From: Candidatus Hydrogenedentota bacterium
GTDB taxonomy: Bacteria > Hydrogenedentota > Hydrogenedentia > Hydrogenedentales > SLHB01
Direction of reading: 5' to 3'
Assembly: GCA_045863295.1 (NCBI GenBank)
Contig: BTWA01000003.1
Coordinates: 160,001-224,000, forward strand
Length of the DNA stretch: 64,000 nucleotides
Positions 29,771-39,703 of this stretch are shown here, one piece after another. How positions within the stretch are numbered: position 1 is the first letter of the stretch; every line of letters starts with the position of its first letter. The notes under the pieces were generated by a model. The model searched no databases. It had not been told where the DNA came from and saw nothing but the letters and a program-made list of their open reading frames with translations. A program made the position numbers and the translations under genes.

Positions 29771-32548
29771 TCACCCGGTGGGCCTCGGACCGTGACCAGG
29801 TTCACCGCTGTGGCCGTAGGGATCCACGTTCAGAAAACTCTGATTGTCCAGCGACTCGTATTCGTTCACGGCCTTCCAATTGAACTCCACGTCAAAAGGA
29901 TCGAAGGCCTTTTGTGGATCGAATATCTCCGGATGAACCGGCAGCGCATTATAAGGTTCCAGATTTTCCGCGTCCTGGGTAAACATGTCCGACAGATCGC
30001 TCGCAAATCCGTCGTATTGGTTTAGCGACGGCATTCCGTGGATCAGAAACAGCGTCTTTAGGATGCTGGCAATGCTGGAATGCGTGTGTGAAATATGATC
30101 CCGTTTCGCATACGGTCCAATCACCATGCAAATCGATCGGTGTGCGTCCACGGTATCCCTATAACCCTGCGCGTCGTCTTCTGTCACAAAGATGACCGTG
30201 TTGGGCCAGAACGGACTGTGACTGATCATTTCAACGAGCCGCCCAAGGGCCAAATCATTGTCGCTCATGTACGAACCCCAGAACGGATACCCATCGTCAG
30301 GCCGCTCGGATGCGCCATGATCATTGGGCAACATCATCGTGATCACTTTCGGAAATGGCTCATGCCCTGACAGCCACCGCTCCTTAAATTCCTTCTCAAA
30401 CTGGTCCATCCGGAATTGGTCCGGTATGTTGGTGTTGTACGTCGCAAACGTGCGCGACGTGTTCTCGAACAGTGCCTGGGGCATTGGATAATTCACGTTC
30501 AGACGGATTCCCGTATACCGATCCTGCTGCTCCTCTTCCTGGGGTTTGAACTCAAACCCAAGACCAAAATTGCGGAACGGTATGGCATTCCGATCGAAGT
30601 GTTCCCAGATCGCCCCGCCCTCGTTGTAGTCTTCCGGATAAATCGCACCGGAGGAACCGATAAACGAATGATTCCCTGGGCCATCGCCTTTGGCGGATTC
30701 CCCGATGCGTGCCTCCATAAACTCGTTCGGATACGTCCCCACCAGCCACCGGTGACCGTCCACGGAATGATCGGAGTCGCAATAGAAATTGTCATTGATC
30801 GCGAAGCGCTTGGCCAGCGCAATGTGATTGGGCATCAATACGACGTCTTTTACCGTCCGCGTGCCTTCCTTGTTCGACACATCGATCGGCTTGCCCAGAC
30901 GGCACCACTCCGGATCGCCCTTGCCCCCCTGCATTGCCCCAAAGACCTCGTCATAAGTGCGGTTCTCTTTCGTCACGTAGATGACATGCTTAATGGGGCT
31001 GGGCCAGGCTCCGGGAATGGGAGGTACCGGAAAACCCTCTTTGCGGCCATCGTCCCCCAGGGATCGGATCGCCACATTGTTCTCGATAACCTTCTGTGTC
31101 AATGCATCCAAGGCTTCAGGCGACTCAGGAACATCAATGATGTTTATGTATCCCCGCATCAATGCGCCTATGCCCGTGGGCTCACCTTCAGGGAAATTCG
31201 CCCCCGCATTCGGCCCTGAACCAATCCCCTTCGCACAGGACACGATAATCCGCTTACCATCGGAGGTCACGGCAATCTTGCTTGGAAACCATGCCGTCGG
31301 TATGTGCCCCAACACGGTATTGTCTCGAACACGAACAACCGCCACCGCATTGACCCCTGCCTCGCACACATAAAGCAACTGCCGATCAGGAGATAGCGTC
31401 ATTCCAAACGGAATCATGCCTTTCAGATGGTCAACACGTGGGTCCAGACTCAGATCGAGATCGGCCACGCGCTCACCCTTGCGCGCGTCAATTACGGTCA
31501 AGCTGTCGTTGCTCCCGTTCGACACATACACGAAATCGTCGGTCGCTGCCATCGAATTCGGGCTGCTGCCGCCCACGGCGGGGAAGTCCTCCAATGGCTC
31601 GCCCACGAGATGTCCTGTCTTCGTCTTTGCCACAACCTGCTCGCCGCCCGGCTGACTCACATCCACAGTCCAGACGGACATGCCACGGATATCGTTGGGA
31701 TCGCCGAGCCCGGGAGCCGTGACGCCGTTGCGCACCACTCCCTCTTCCGCCTCCTGGGAGGGAACGCCAAAGGCGGGGAAATCAATCATGGTGACAGCGC
31801 CTTTTTCGTCGCGGTAGTAGTCATACTCGTAGATCCCCACGTTGGCCACGTATGCCTTACTCCCGTCGGGTGACAATGCGATTCCAAACGGATACCGGCC
31901 AACCCCGATACTCCGCGACACTTTACTTTCGGTAACGTCTACCACGATGAGGCGAAAATTGGATTGATCGACCACGTACAGATGTCGTCCGTCGATGGAA
32001 AGGTGCATATCCCCCGTATAGCCATGTTGGTACCGCTTCCCATCGGCTTCGTGATCGCAATCAATGCGCACGACACGCTCCCTCGTCTCCAGATTGAATA
32101 CCAACACGCTGTAGTCGCCGCCGCCCGCGACATAAAGCGTCTTGCTGTCCGGCGAAAAGGCGAGCCCCATGAACACTGCATCCAGCACACCTTCATGGGC
32201 AGTGCCTTCCTCGGGTATCCGATAAACCAGAGGCTCGCTCGGCGCCGCCATATCCAATACAGTAAGTTCTGGACCGTCGGAACTCGCAGCCACCACCCAT
32301 CGGCCATCAGGACTTTGCGCTAGACCGTAAGGATGCGGTTGCACCCGAATCATCCGGCCCATAGGCGTGATCATGCGGCCATTGGGAAGAATCGACGTAC
32401 CTGAAACCCGCGTCTCGACATACCGGTCGCCGGATGGCGCGCCGGAAACAAGTCCGGTCCCACGCCGGCCAATCCGCTCCTGGGCAACGGCCACGGAAAT
32501 CGCACAAATGCAAGACACCACAATCAGAACCCGGCGAACGTACCGCAT
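29771..32548 (-). CDS. YVTN/YncE beta-propeller + phosphoesterase (alkaline-phosphatase superfamily)
   Basis: Propeller repeats (VGRYPFGIALSPDG), IKHVIYVTKENRTYDEVFG, DNFY..SVDGHRW, EDDAQ..DAHRS. Confidence 0.88.
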   Translation of the reverse strand: MRYVRRVLIVVSCICAISVAVAQERIGRRGTGLVSGAPSGDRYVETRVSGTSILPNGRMITPMGRMIRVQPHPYGLAQSPDGRWVVAASSDGPELTVLDMAAPSEPLVYRIPEEGTAHEGVLDAVFMGLAFSPDSKTLYVAGGGDYSVLVFNLETRERVVRIDCDHEADGKRYQHGYTGDMHLSIDGRHLYVVDQSNFRLIVVDVTESKVSRSIGVGRYPFGIALSPDGSKAYVANVGIYEYDYYRDEKGAVTMIDFPAFGVPSQEAEEGVVRNGVTAPGLGDPNDIRGMSVWTVDVSQPGGEQVVAKTKTGHLVGEPLEDFPAVGGSSPNSMAATDDFVYVSNGSNDSLTVIDARKGERVADLDLSLDPRVDHLKGMIPFGMTLSPDRQLLYVCEAGVNAVAVVRVRDNTVLGHIPTAWFPSKIAVTSDGKRIIVSCAKGIGSGPNAGANFPEGEPTGIGALMRGYINIIDVPESPEALDALTQKVIENNVAIRSLGDDGRKEGFPVPPIPGAWPSPIKHVIYVTKENRTYDEVFGAMQGGKGDPEWCRLGKPIDVSNKEGTRTVKDVVLMPNHIALAKRFAINDNFYCDSDHSVDGHRWLVGTYPNEFMEARIGESAKGDGPGNHSFIGSSGAIYPEDYNEGGAIWEHFDRNAIPFRNFGLGFEFKPQEEEQQDRYTGIRLNVNYPMPQALFENTSRTFATYNTNIPDQFRMDQFEKEFKERWLSGHEPFPKVITMMLPNDHGASERPDDGYPFWGSYMSDNDLALGRLVEMISHSPFWPNTVIFVTEDDAQGYRDTVDAHRSICMVIGPYAKRDHISHTHSSIASILKTLFLIHGMPSLNQYDGFASDLSDMFTQDAENLEPYNALPVHPEIFDPQKAFDPFDVEFNWKAVNEYESLDNQSFLNVDPYGHSGEPGHGPRPTG

Positions 32549-32591
32549 GACAATTCCCCCAAAATTGATGAATCCGCAGGCAAATCGGCCG

Positions 32592-33905
32592 CTAGGCCTC
32601 CCATGCCTTCAATGTCTTTTCATAGCGGAACACTTCGTGCGCGTTACCACGCATGATACGGTTTACGGTATCCGAAACCGTGTCCGCGTCCAACCATCCT
32701 TCGTCCACAAGCTCGCTGATGGCTTGCGCAATACCCTTCCGCGCTATCGCCGCGTGACCCGGCACCATCTCCACCGGAAGGTAATCGCCCCCAAATGTAA
32801 ACAACTTGGTGGCCGGCGCCGCCAGCAAAAACTCCTTCACAAACCGGACGCTGGCCATCGGATTAATAATCCAAGCCCAGCACATGTCGACATACGCATT
32901 TGGATAGTGCTTCGCCAGTGCCACCGCTTCATCCTGGTACGGATACGATATGTGCATGATGACAAACCGCGCATCCGGGTGTTGCTTCAAAATCGGGCAC
33001 AGGTCGCCCGCATTCGCTCGCACCCGATGCAATGGCATGCCACCGTGCCCGGCGAAATAGCCCGTATGCAGTTTCACCGGCAAGTCGTATTCCACTGCCT
33101 TTCGGATGCAGTAATGAAACAGGTGATCCTGCACAGCCTTCTGCTCATGTTCCGCAAGCGCATTCTTGTCCCGAACGTACCGTTCAAAAATCGCCGCCGC
33201 GTCATCCGCCGGCACGTCGTCGTAGTCCAGGCGGCGCCCATAGGCACTCTGATTCTTGACCGCGATCGCCTTGGGTCCATAGGTCGCAAACACCCAGTCC
33301 ACAACTTCATGCCAGTCTTTCAGAGTGACAACCTCGCGGTTCATACGTTCCGCATAGGGCGTCACGTTCAAGCCGCTGCTCAAGCCGACGAAACTCAAGT
33401 CTTGGCACAACAGATCGGGATACTGTGTCAGGTTAAAAACCGGATCCTCGAAGTTGTTGACTTGCGCGTGCTCAATTCGCGAAACCTCGCGCAAAATCCG
33501 GTTGTAATATCCGGGTTGGATCTGAGCCTTCACTTGCTCCGATATGCGTTCGTAATTGTCCTCGCGCAAATCGTCTTCCCCGTAGAGCATGCGAACCGAC
33601 TCACGCACATTCTGCAAATAACCGGTATTGCCCGCGCGCGAGTAATAGGGCGCGACCAGCTTCCACTTCTCATGCACTTCCACCGAAGGATCCACCAGCC
33701 GCTTGTGATCGTCCGGCGGCATGCCGGCCACAATCAAATCGGAGTTGGTATAGTGCATGAACAAGATGCTGAAATCGGGAGGCTGCGGAAATCCTCCGGG
33801 ATGCTCCAACGCCGCAAGGCGCGTGCGTTCCTCCCACAGGTGTTCGTGCGTATCCACGAACGCCGTATCCTGAACCAGTTCGCGAATCTCGTTGCTCACA
33901 CTCAT
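32592..33905 (-). CDS. Amidohydrolase family protein
   Basis: DTHEH, KLHTG, MHISYPY, DMCWAW, FGGDY. Confidence 0.88.
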   Translation of the reverse strand: MSVSNEIRELVQDTAFVDTHEHLWEERTRLAALEHPGGFPQPPDFSILFMHYTNSDLIVAGMPPDDHKRLVDPSVEVHEKWKLVAPYYSRAGNTGYLQNVRESVRMLYGEDDLREDNYERISEQVKAQIQPGYYNRILREVSRIEHAQVNNFEDPVFNLTQYPDLLCQDLSFVGLSSGLNVTPYAERMNREVVTLKDWHEVVDWVFATYGPKAIAVKNQSAYGRRLDYDDVPADDAAAIFERYVRDKNALAEHEQKAVQDHLFHYCIRKAVEYDLPVKLHTGYFAGHGGMPLHRVRANAGDLCPILKQHPDARFVIMHISYPYQDEAVALAKHYPNAYVDMCWAWIINPMASVRFVKEFLLAAPATKLFTFGGDYLPVEMVPGHAAIARKGIAQAISELVDEGWLDADTVSDTVNRIMRGNAHEVFRYEKTLKAWEA

Positions 33906-34031
33906 GAACCACCTCCCCTCGTGCCCATACGGTGAACGGCACGTACAATACGTCCCATGAAACGAAGGCCATTCCCCTATCCGGTAGACAAGACATCTTC
34001 ATCGCAGGCGCTCACGGCCCTTGCAGTCCTG

Positions 34032-35114
34032 CTAAGGCAGACCGTCATACAGACGCCGAAAGGCGTCTGTCACCTTATCGTCCCCGCGAAGGCCGACACG
34101 CTCCCTCACCGGCTCCGCAGACGCTTCGAGCATCCCCACGGCCTCCAACGCGCGAATGGATTCAATCGCCAACTCGGCTGCTTCTCTTTCGATCACGTCT
34201 AACAAAAACGCAATACCCTCTTCGGTCCGCGTCAGTGCTATCGGCAACAGGAGTCCAAAGCGCTCGGCACTGCGCGGCAAAGTCGACCAGAAATCGGACA
34301 ACATAGCCACGGCTTCCGGCGATCGCGTCTCGCCCAACGCCAGCGCCGCGCCCGGCCACACGTCACGATTGCCTCCATGAAGTATCCGCCGCAAGAATGG
34401 AAGTGTCTCGTCCGAATCAAATGTGGACAGCGCACTCAGGCATTCCGCAATAACCTCCGGTTCATCCCCGCCCTGCAACACTTTCAAGCGCAGCACCAAT
34501 TCACACTCGTGCCGGCCAAGGTGTGCCAGCGCACGCGCAGCACCCATGCGCGCTTCTGGCTGAGGATCAACCAACAGATCGGTCAGCAGAAACGATACGC
34601 CCGGATAATTCAGCCGAATCAAGCCGCCCGCGCATTTCACGCGAAGGCCCCCGGCCGTGTCCACCGATTTGCCCCAAACCGGCTCCAGTTGTACGTAGCG
34701 GATCCCTTTCAGAAAGAGATCGGCCGCGTCATAGTCCAAATCGTTCAGCGCATCCACTACCGCCATCTTCGCAACGCAACCGGGGTCCTGCTCCGGCGCG
34801 TCGCAACAACGAAAAAAAACCGATTCCAGATCAAGACGAAAACCTGCAATCCGGTTCGACGAAATGATGCGGGCGGCACGTGCAGCCAAAGCCCCGTGTT
34901 TGCTTTTGAGGCACAACCGCAAATACGCAGACGCCGATTCATCCATCCCGATGCCCATCGACTCCAGTTCGGCCAATCGGGATAACCCTTCTTTCACAGG
35001 ATCGCGCTTCGCCAAAACATCCCCTCCGGCGCCGCCGTCAGACCGCATCGCGCATGAGCTCAGAAGAAGTAGCACACAACATACACCCTTCGGCCTTTCG
35101 CTTTCACTCGCCAC
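34032..35114 (-). CDS. HEAT/PBS-lyase-like repeat protein (start uncertain)
   Basis: Helical repeats LLVDPQPEARMGAARALAHLG, AALALGETRSPEAV. Confidence 0.75.
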   Translation of the reverse strand: MASESERPKGVCCVLLLLSSCAMRSDGGAGGDVLAKRDPVKEGLSRLAELESMGIGMDESASAYLRLCLKSKHGALAARAARIISSNRIAGFRLDLESVFFRCCDAPEQDPGCVAKMAVVDALNDLDYDAADLFLKGIRYVQLEPVWGKSVDTAGGLRVKCAGGLIRLNYPGVSFLLTDLLVDPQPEARMGAARALAHLGRHECELVLRLKVLQGGDEPEVIAECLSALSTFDSDETLPFLRRILHGGNRDVWPGAALALGETRSPEAVAMLSDFWSTLPRSAERFGLLLPIALTRTEEGIAFLLDVIEREAAELAIESIRALEAVGMLEASAEPVRERVGLRGDDKVTDAFRRLYDGLP

Positions 35115-35484
35115 CTGCTTCCTCGGGTCGCACGGTAAAACATCGGGGTGGGCTCGACTGTGCGATCGAGCGTAGCTTCAATAGCGAACGCTTCACACCG
35201 CGCAGCGCCGACGTCGGATTGGTACCGGTCCGTTCACTGATCTCGCGATAAGTCAGGCCCTCGAAATAGTAGAGTGTGAGGTATTCGCGCTGACGGGCGG
35301 AAAGATGCTCATCCATCTGCCCCTGAATCCACGCAAGCATGTGCCGCTTTTCTTCTCCCCATACCAACCCCGCCTCCACCTCGTCCGGAGACTCGTACCA
35401 CGGTCCGCTCTCCTGCGCAAAGTAGCTCAGCAACTCCGGGCACATGGACACCGCAAATCGATCCGCGCCTCGCTTTTTCTCCAT
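35104..35484 (-). CDS. Stand-alone sigma70 region-4 HTH protein
   Basis: LSARQREYLTLYYFEGLTYREISERTG; GGGAGG RBS before MEKKRG; no region 2. Confidence 0.78.
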   Translation of the reverse strand: MEKKRGADRFAVSMCPELLSYFAQESGPWYESPDEVEAGLVWGEEKRHMLAWIQGQMDEHLSARQREYLTLYYFEGLTYREISERTGTNPTSALRGVKRSLLKLRSIAQSSPPRCFTVRPEEAGGE

Positions 35485-35718
35485 ATCGGCCTCCCGTTGC
35501 CGGAGAAAATGTGCGCGGCGAAATTGCAGCACCTTCTCTGCCTCCGGCTTTAGGAGGCCGAAGTTAAGACGCAGCCGGTGAAAAAATACTGCACAAACGA
35601 GGTGTAAATTCTTAGATTGTCGCGGAGGCGCTCCGGAAATTACCGGTGAGGGTGGAAAGAAATCGTAAAGAAATAACCATCGGAAGAAATGGGCTGAAAG
35701 TATGCCAATGCTGCGACT

Positions 35719-35952
35719 TCAGCCAGGGAGACGATGGACTTCAACCGCTTCCGTCAACACACGTAGCCGCTTCTGTACTACTTGAAGCGATCGGGATATG
35801 CCGCGAAGCCTGGACAAGTCCATGTCTTCGCCCGGCTTCGACGCTCGTTCCATCTCATCATGCAAATCGGCCAAGGCGTCCTCAAGCGCCTGCAGCGTGA
35901 GAACCGCATCTGCCTTAAAATAGTGTATGCTGCCCATGAGCAATTCGCGCAA
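35719..35952 (-). CDS. Small helical/coiled-coil hypothetical protein
   Basis: Amphipathic heptads (LQALEDALADLHDEM; LQVVQKRLRVL) in an otherwise empty gap. Confidence 0.5.
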   Translation of the reverse strand: MRELLMGSIHYFKADAVLTLQALEDALADLHDEMERASKPGEDMDLSRLRGISRSLQVVQKRLRVLTEAVEVHRLPG

Positions 35953-36211
35953 TTCTCGTTAACTGCTTTGAGACGACTCAGGGGACGGACACATTTGAGC
36001 CCAAGACGCATGTCGTCCCACTCGGTACGCGCAAGTTTGATACCAAGGCTTGGGCACCGGACTAACATTCTGCTAACCTTGTACTTAGCCCGGAACGGCC
36101 CGCATTCGTGCTAGGACAGACCAAGGGCATAAGACAGTAAACTATTGTCAAAACTGACCAACTCTTGGCCCCCGGTATCGTCCCGTGGAGTCAAACCGGC
36201 AAGGAGGATTC

Positions 36212-36655
36212 ATGTCGATTCGCGCCACCATTCAGGACGCCATTAAAACCGCTATGAAGGACAAACAAAAAATCCGGCTCGAATGTCTCCGAATGGTTAA
36301 GGGCGCTCTTTTACTCAAGGAAAAAGAAACCGGATCCGGTGAAGTCAGCGATGAAGATGCGACTGCCGTCCTTCGCAGAGAGGCCAAAAAGCGCCGTGAA
36401 ACCGCTGAGTTGCTCCGCAGCCTCGGCAAAACCGACGAAGCTGCAGTCGCGGAAGAAGAAGTGACCATCATTGAAGAGTTTCTCCCACGCCAGTTGTCAG
36501 CCGAGGCCTTGGAAGCGAAAGTGCGCGCCTACCTCTTGGAACACCCCGAGGTGAATCACGCCGGTAAGCTCACAGGGGCCATGAAAAAGGAACTGGGCGA
36601 TCTGGCGGAAGGCAAAATGTTGAACGAGATCTGTCAAAAAGTGCTCGCCGGATGA
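36212..36655 (+). CDS. GatB/YqeY domain protein
   Basis: IKTAMK..LRMVK, KKRRE, FLPRQLS; AGGAGG RBS. Confidence 0.9.
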   Translation: MSIRATIQDAIKTAMKDKQKIRLECLRMVKGALLLKEKETGSGEVSDEDATAVLRREAKKRRETAELLRSLGKTDEAAVAEEEVTIIEEFLPRQLSAEALEAKVRAYLLEHPEVNHAGKLTGAMKKELGDLAEGKMLNEICQKVLAG

Positions 36656-37416
36656 ACAACGAAACCGGTGTGGAGACACCCCCGCCAGCCGCGGTCGCTC
36701 CGCACAAGCGATACACGCGAAATTCCCTGGCACTTATGCTCGGCGCGGGGCTCGTGTTGGGGTATGTCGGCGCATGCGGCACCACGGGGACGTGGCTGAA
36801 CGGACCAACACCCAACGGCCAACCTACGCCAGCGCCTTCGGAAACAGGTTGGATAAACTTGCTCGACAAAGAAAATGCAAAGAATTGGAAAAACGTCACT
36901 GACGACGCTGAAATCTTCGAGATCGCCAACAACGAATTGCATATATTCGGAAAGACCCTGTTTCCCTTGCGCTATGTGGCCTACGGGGATCAGACGTTTT
37001 CGGATTTCGATCTGCACATCGAGTACAAAGTCGAAAGGAAAGCGAATAGCGGGGTGTTCCTCCGAGCCCATCCGGACGATCCGGTGGTTCGCGGATTCGA
37101 AGTACAAGTGCTGGACGATTTCGGACGTCCTCCCAATCGCCACACCAGCGGAGCCATCTACGATGTCGTTTCTCCCATGCATAACATGTCGAGGCCACGC
37201 GGTCAGTGGAACTCCTTTGACATTTCGGTGGTCAATAAAGAAATCTCGGTGCGTATGAATGGGTGGCTAGTGGTTACCTCGGACTTCGGACAAATGACCG
37301 AACCCCTGGGTAAATTCAAAGTGCCTTACACAGAACTGCCCCTGGAGGGACTGCTCGCCCTGCAAGACCATGGCGGCGAGGTCTGGTACCGCAACATCTG
37401 GATTCGCAAACGGTAG
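36652..37416 (+). CDS. DUF1080 (3-keto-disaccharide hydrolase-like) protein
   Basis: ANSGVFLR, FEVQVLDD, GAIYD, GQWN, LQDHG..VWYRNI. Confidence 0.88.
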   Translation: MNNETGVETPPPAAVAPHKRYTRNSLALMLGAGLVLGYVGACGTTGTWLNGPTPNGQPTPAPSETGWINLLDKENAKNWKNVTDDAEIFEIANNELHIFGKTLFPLRYVAYGDQTFSDFDLHIEYKVERKANSGVFLRAHPDDPVVRGFEVQVLDDFGRPPNRHTSGAIYDVVSPMHNMSRPRGQWNSFDISVVNKEISVRMNGWLVVTSDFGQMTEPLGKFKVPYTELPLEGLLALQDHGGEVWYRNIWIRKR

Positions 37417-37519
37417 TGGATACCAAAATGAACTTTTTGCCACACGATACAATGCCGCTTCTAATTCGCACCCAATATATGGTATGTATAAGGCGTTCCA
37501 TCACGAATCGGGGGATCCA

Positions 37520-38026
37520 ATGGGGAACACACAAGTAGCCCTCTTGCGCACCATGCTGGATATGTCCACGCTGGAAACTGTACAAGTCGCCGAGTCCGTG
37601 CCCGAAAATGCGCGGTTTCTGCAGATTCGGCAAGGCAAGGCCCACCCGGCGTGGCTCCTAGGGCATTTGGCCAATACCCTGAATGTCGTCGTACTTCAAT
37701 GGGTATTGGAAAAGGAATCCGTGACCCCCAAGGGGTTCAATCGACGTTTTGCACCGGATTTCGCAGGCGGCCTGCCCATTACTGGAGAGGCCGGCGACTA
37801 CCCGGCATGGAGTGAAATCCTGGACACGTATAACGGGGTGCGCACGCAAGTTATGGGGTCGATGCTCGATTTGCAGGATGAAGAACTGCCTAATCCCTTG
37901 AAAGGACGCGTCCCGGATCCGCTGCGGTCCTTCTTTGACACCAACATTTCCACGCTTATGCGAATGATTCGGCATGACAGCTATCACCGGGGGCAGATGG
38001 CCCTGTTGGGAAAGAGCCTCAGTTGA
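37520..38026 (+). CDS. DinB family protein
   Basis: HPAWLLGHLA and HDSYHRGQM motifs. Confidence 0.85.
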   Translation: MGNTQVALLRTMLDMSTLETVQVAESVPENARFLQIRQGKAHPAWLLGHLANTLNVVVLQWVLEKESVTPKGFNRRFAPDFAGGLPITGEAGDYPAWSEILDTYNGVRTQVMGSMLDLQDEELPNPLKGRVPDPLRSFFDTNISTLMRMIRHDSYHRGQMALLGKSLS

Positions 38027-38159
38027 TGGCCGGTAACCGTCAATTTTTGTCGCAACGGGACAGTCCACGTCACGCATCGCCACATCGCAGTGCGAAATCA
38101 TTTTTTTCTGGAATTTCTAACCGGTTTCGGATAAGGATGTTAGACAATTCCGTTCCCAC

Positions 38160-38174
38160 TGGCATGCCGATTGC
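38160..38174 (+). promoter_or_regulatory. sigma54 (-24/-12) promoter of pilin gene
   Basis: TGGCATG-CCGA-TTGC, near-consensus GG-N10-GC, ~115 bp upstream of the pilin start. Confidence 0.75.
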
Positions 38175-38287
38175 CATGGAGTGAATGTCACGGCGTGATC
38201 AAGGCCGGGCTCCGGTAGGCCTGGTTTTCGAAGGTAGCTTGAACTAGGGAATCAGCTTGGGTTCCAACGCAGCAGGAGGAAGGTTCG

Positions 38288-38785
38288 ATGAAAGGTTCCA
38301 GTAAAAAGACAGGTTTCACGTTGATTGAGTTGATGATCGTGGTGGCCATTATCGCGATTATCGCGGCGATCGCCATCCCCAACCTGCTTCGCTCGCGGAT
38401 GAGCGCGAACGAAGCGGGTGCGGCAGGCGCCATGCGCACCATCTCCACGGGCGAAGTGTCGTTTCAAACGGCCGGTTTCGTGGATGCGGACAGCGACGGC
38501 GTAGGCGACTACGGCACCTTGGCGCAGTTGGCCAACCCCGACGGCGCGGGCGCGACGCCTCCGTTCATTGACTCGGTGCTCGGCCTTGGCCGCAAGCACG
38601 GGTATGTGTTCACCGTGGCCGTGACCAACGGTTCCAACACGGCGCTGCCGGCCTACACCTGCACCGCCACCCCGGCTTCCGCGGGCCGCACCGGCTACCG
38701 CCAGTACTTCGTGGACGAGTCCGGCGTGATTCGCTTCACCGCCGACGGCTCCGCAGTCAGCGTCAGCTCGCCCCCGATGAACTAA
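38288..38785 (+). CDS. Type IV pilin-like protein
   Basis: KKTG|FTLIELMIVVAII class III signal; IPNLLRSRMSANE; strong RBS. Confidence 0.92.
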   Translation: MKGSSKKTGFTLIELMIVVAIIAIIAAIAIPNLLRSRMSANEAGAAGAMRTISTGEVSFQTAGFVDADSDGVGDYGTLAQLANPDGAGATPPFIDSVLGLGRKHGYVFTVAVTNGSNTALPAYTCTATPASAGRTGYRQYFVDESGVIRFTADGSAVSVSSPPMN

Positions 38786-38813
38786 GCGGTTCGCACAGTA
38801 CTGATCCCGAATG

Positions 38814-38857
38814 GGCAGGCGGCCCGGGTAAGATTCCCGGGCCGCTTGCCGTATTTT
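38814..38857 (+). terminator. Rho-independent terminator after pilin
   Basis: GGCAGGCGGCCCGGG-loop-CCCGGGCCGCTTGCC followed by GTATTTT. Confidence 0.75.
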
Positions 38858-39165
38858 GCGGCAAAAGTTGGGTACAATGAATACGAGGGATGCGTGATTC
38901 GTCACCTCCATGACATGGTGGCGCCGAATACATGTCTCGTGCCACTTGTTAGAGAAACGTTAGCACAGCTATCGGGTATACATAGTACTGAGCGTGCCAA
39001 AGCCGCTGAAATTCGGCGAATGACATACCTGTTCCATTATGGACCCACAGGGTAAGAATTTAATGGACATTTCGGTTGACGCCGAGTAAGCTTAGGACCT
39101 TGACGTGCCGTCTCGGGAGTCAGCATGACGGCACAGCAACAGCAGTAACGTTGTGAAAGAAGGGT

Positions 39166-39519
39166 TTGGCAATGTCGGATGGCCATGCCATATCAATGAC
39201 CCAATCGTGCAAACTCACGCGGGCGGAAAAGTCCGCGGTAGAAATGCACCGCCGCGAAATGGAAGCCGCTACCGGTTGTCCATGCGATCAGGACACCGCC
39301 CTCGAAGATTGGCTGAAACACCACGCTGTTAAGTGGCGCGAACGTTGGCAGGCGGAGTATCTGGCCGCGCAACGTGCCGAAATCGAGCGCTACAAGTGGA
39401 TTGAATCCGAAAAGGCCTGTTGCGATTTGGGCCGTGGCGCGGTGCTCAACTGGATCCAGAACCATGCCGCCGCATGGCGCATGTGGTACGAACAGGAACA
39501 CGGCGAACTCGCCGACTGA
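39166..39519 (+). CDS. Small DUF4032-like protein with two internal repeats
   Basis: EIERYKWIESEKACCDLG..AVLNWIQNHAAAWR, preceded by a similar unit ending ALEDWLKHHAVKWR. Confidence 0.7.
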   Translation: MAMSDGHAISMTQSCKLTRAEKSAVEMHRREMEAATGCPCDQDTALEDWLKHHAVKWRERWQAEYLAAQRAEIERYKWIESEKACCDLGRGAVLNWIQNHAAAWRMWYEQEHGELAD

Positions 39520-39703
39520 CCCGCCCCATTTCCCGCCTCAAACTCGATTAATGGATATCCCCAAGTCTGGAACCATTCCCGTTTGCCCCGCTGTCCTGCT
39601 TGCATGTTCAAATACGAATTCTGTACCGTTGTGCACAGTTGGCATTTGCCATGCGGGGTGGGGTTGGTTAAGGGTCCTTCGAACCATATCCGGAATCTGA
39701 ACT

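Noticed and set aside
38929..38945. Minus-strand TGGCACG sigma54-like site
   Set aside because: The -12 element reads ATGT rather than TTGC and there is no credible downstream gene
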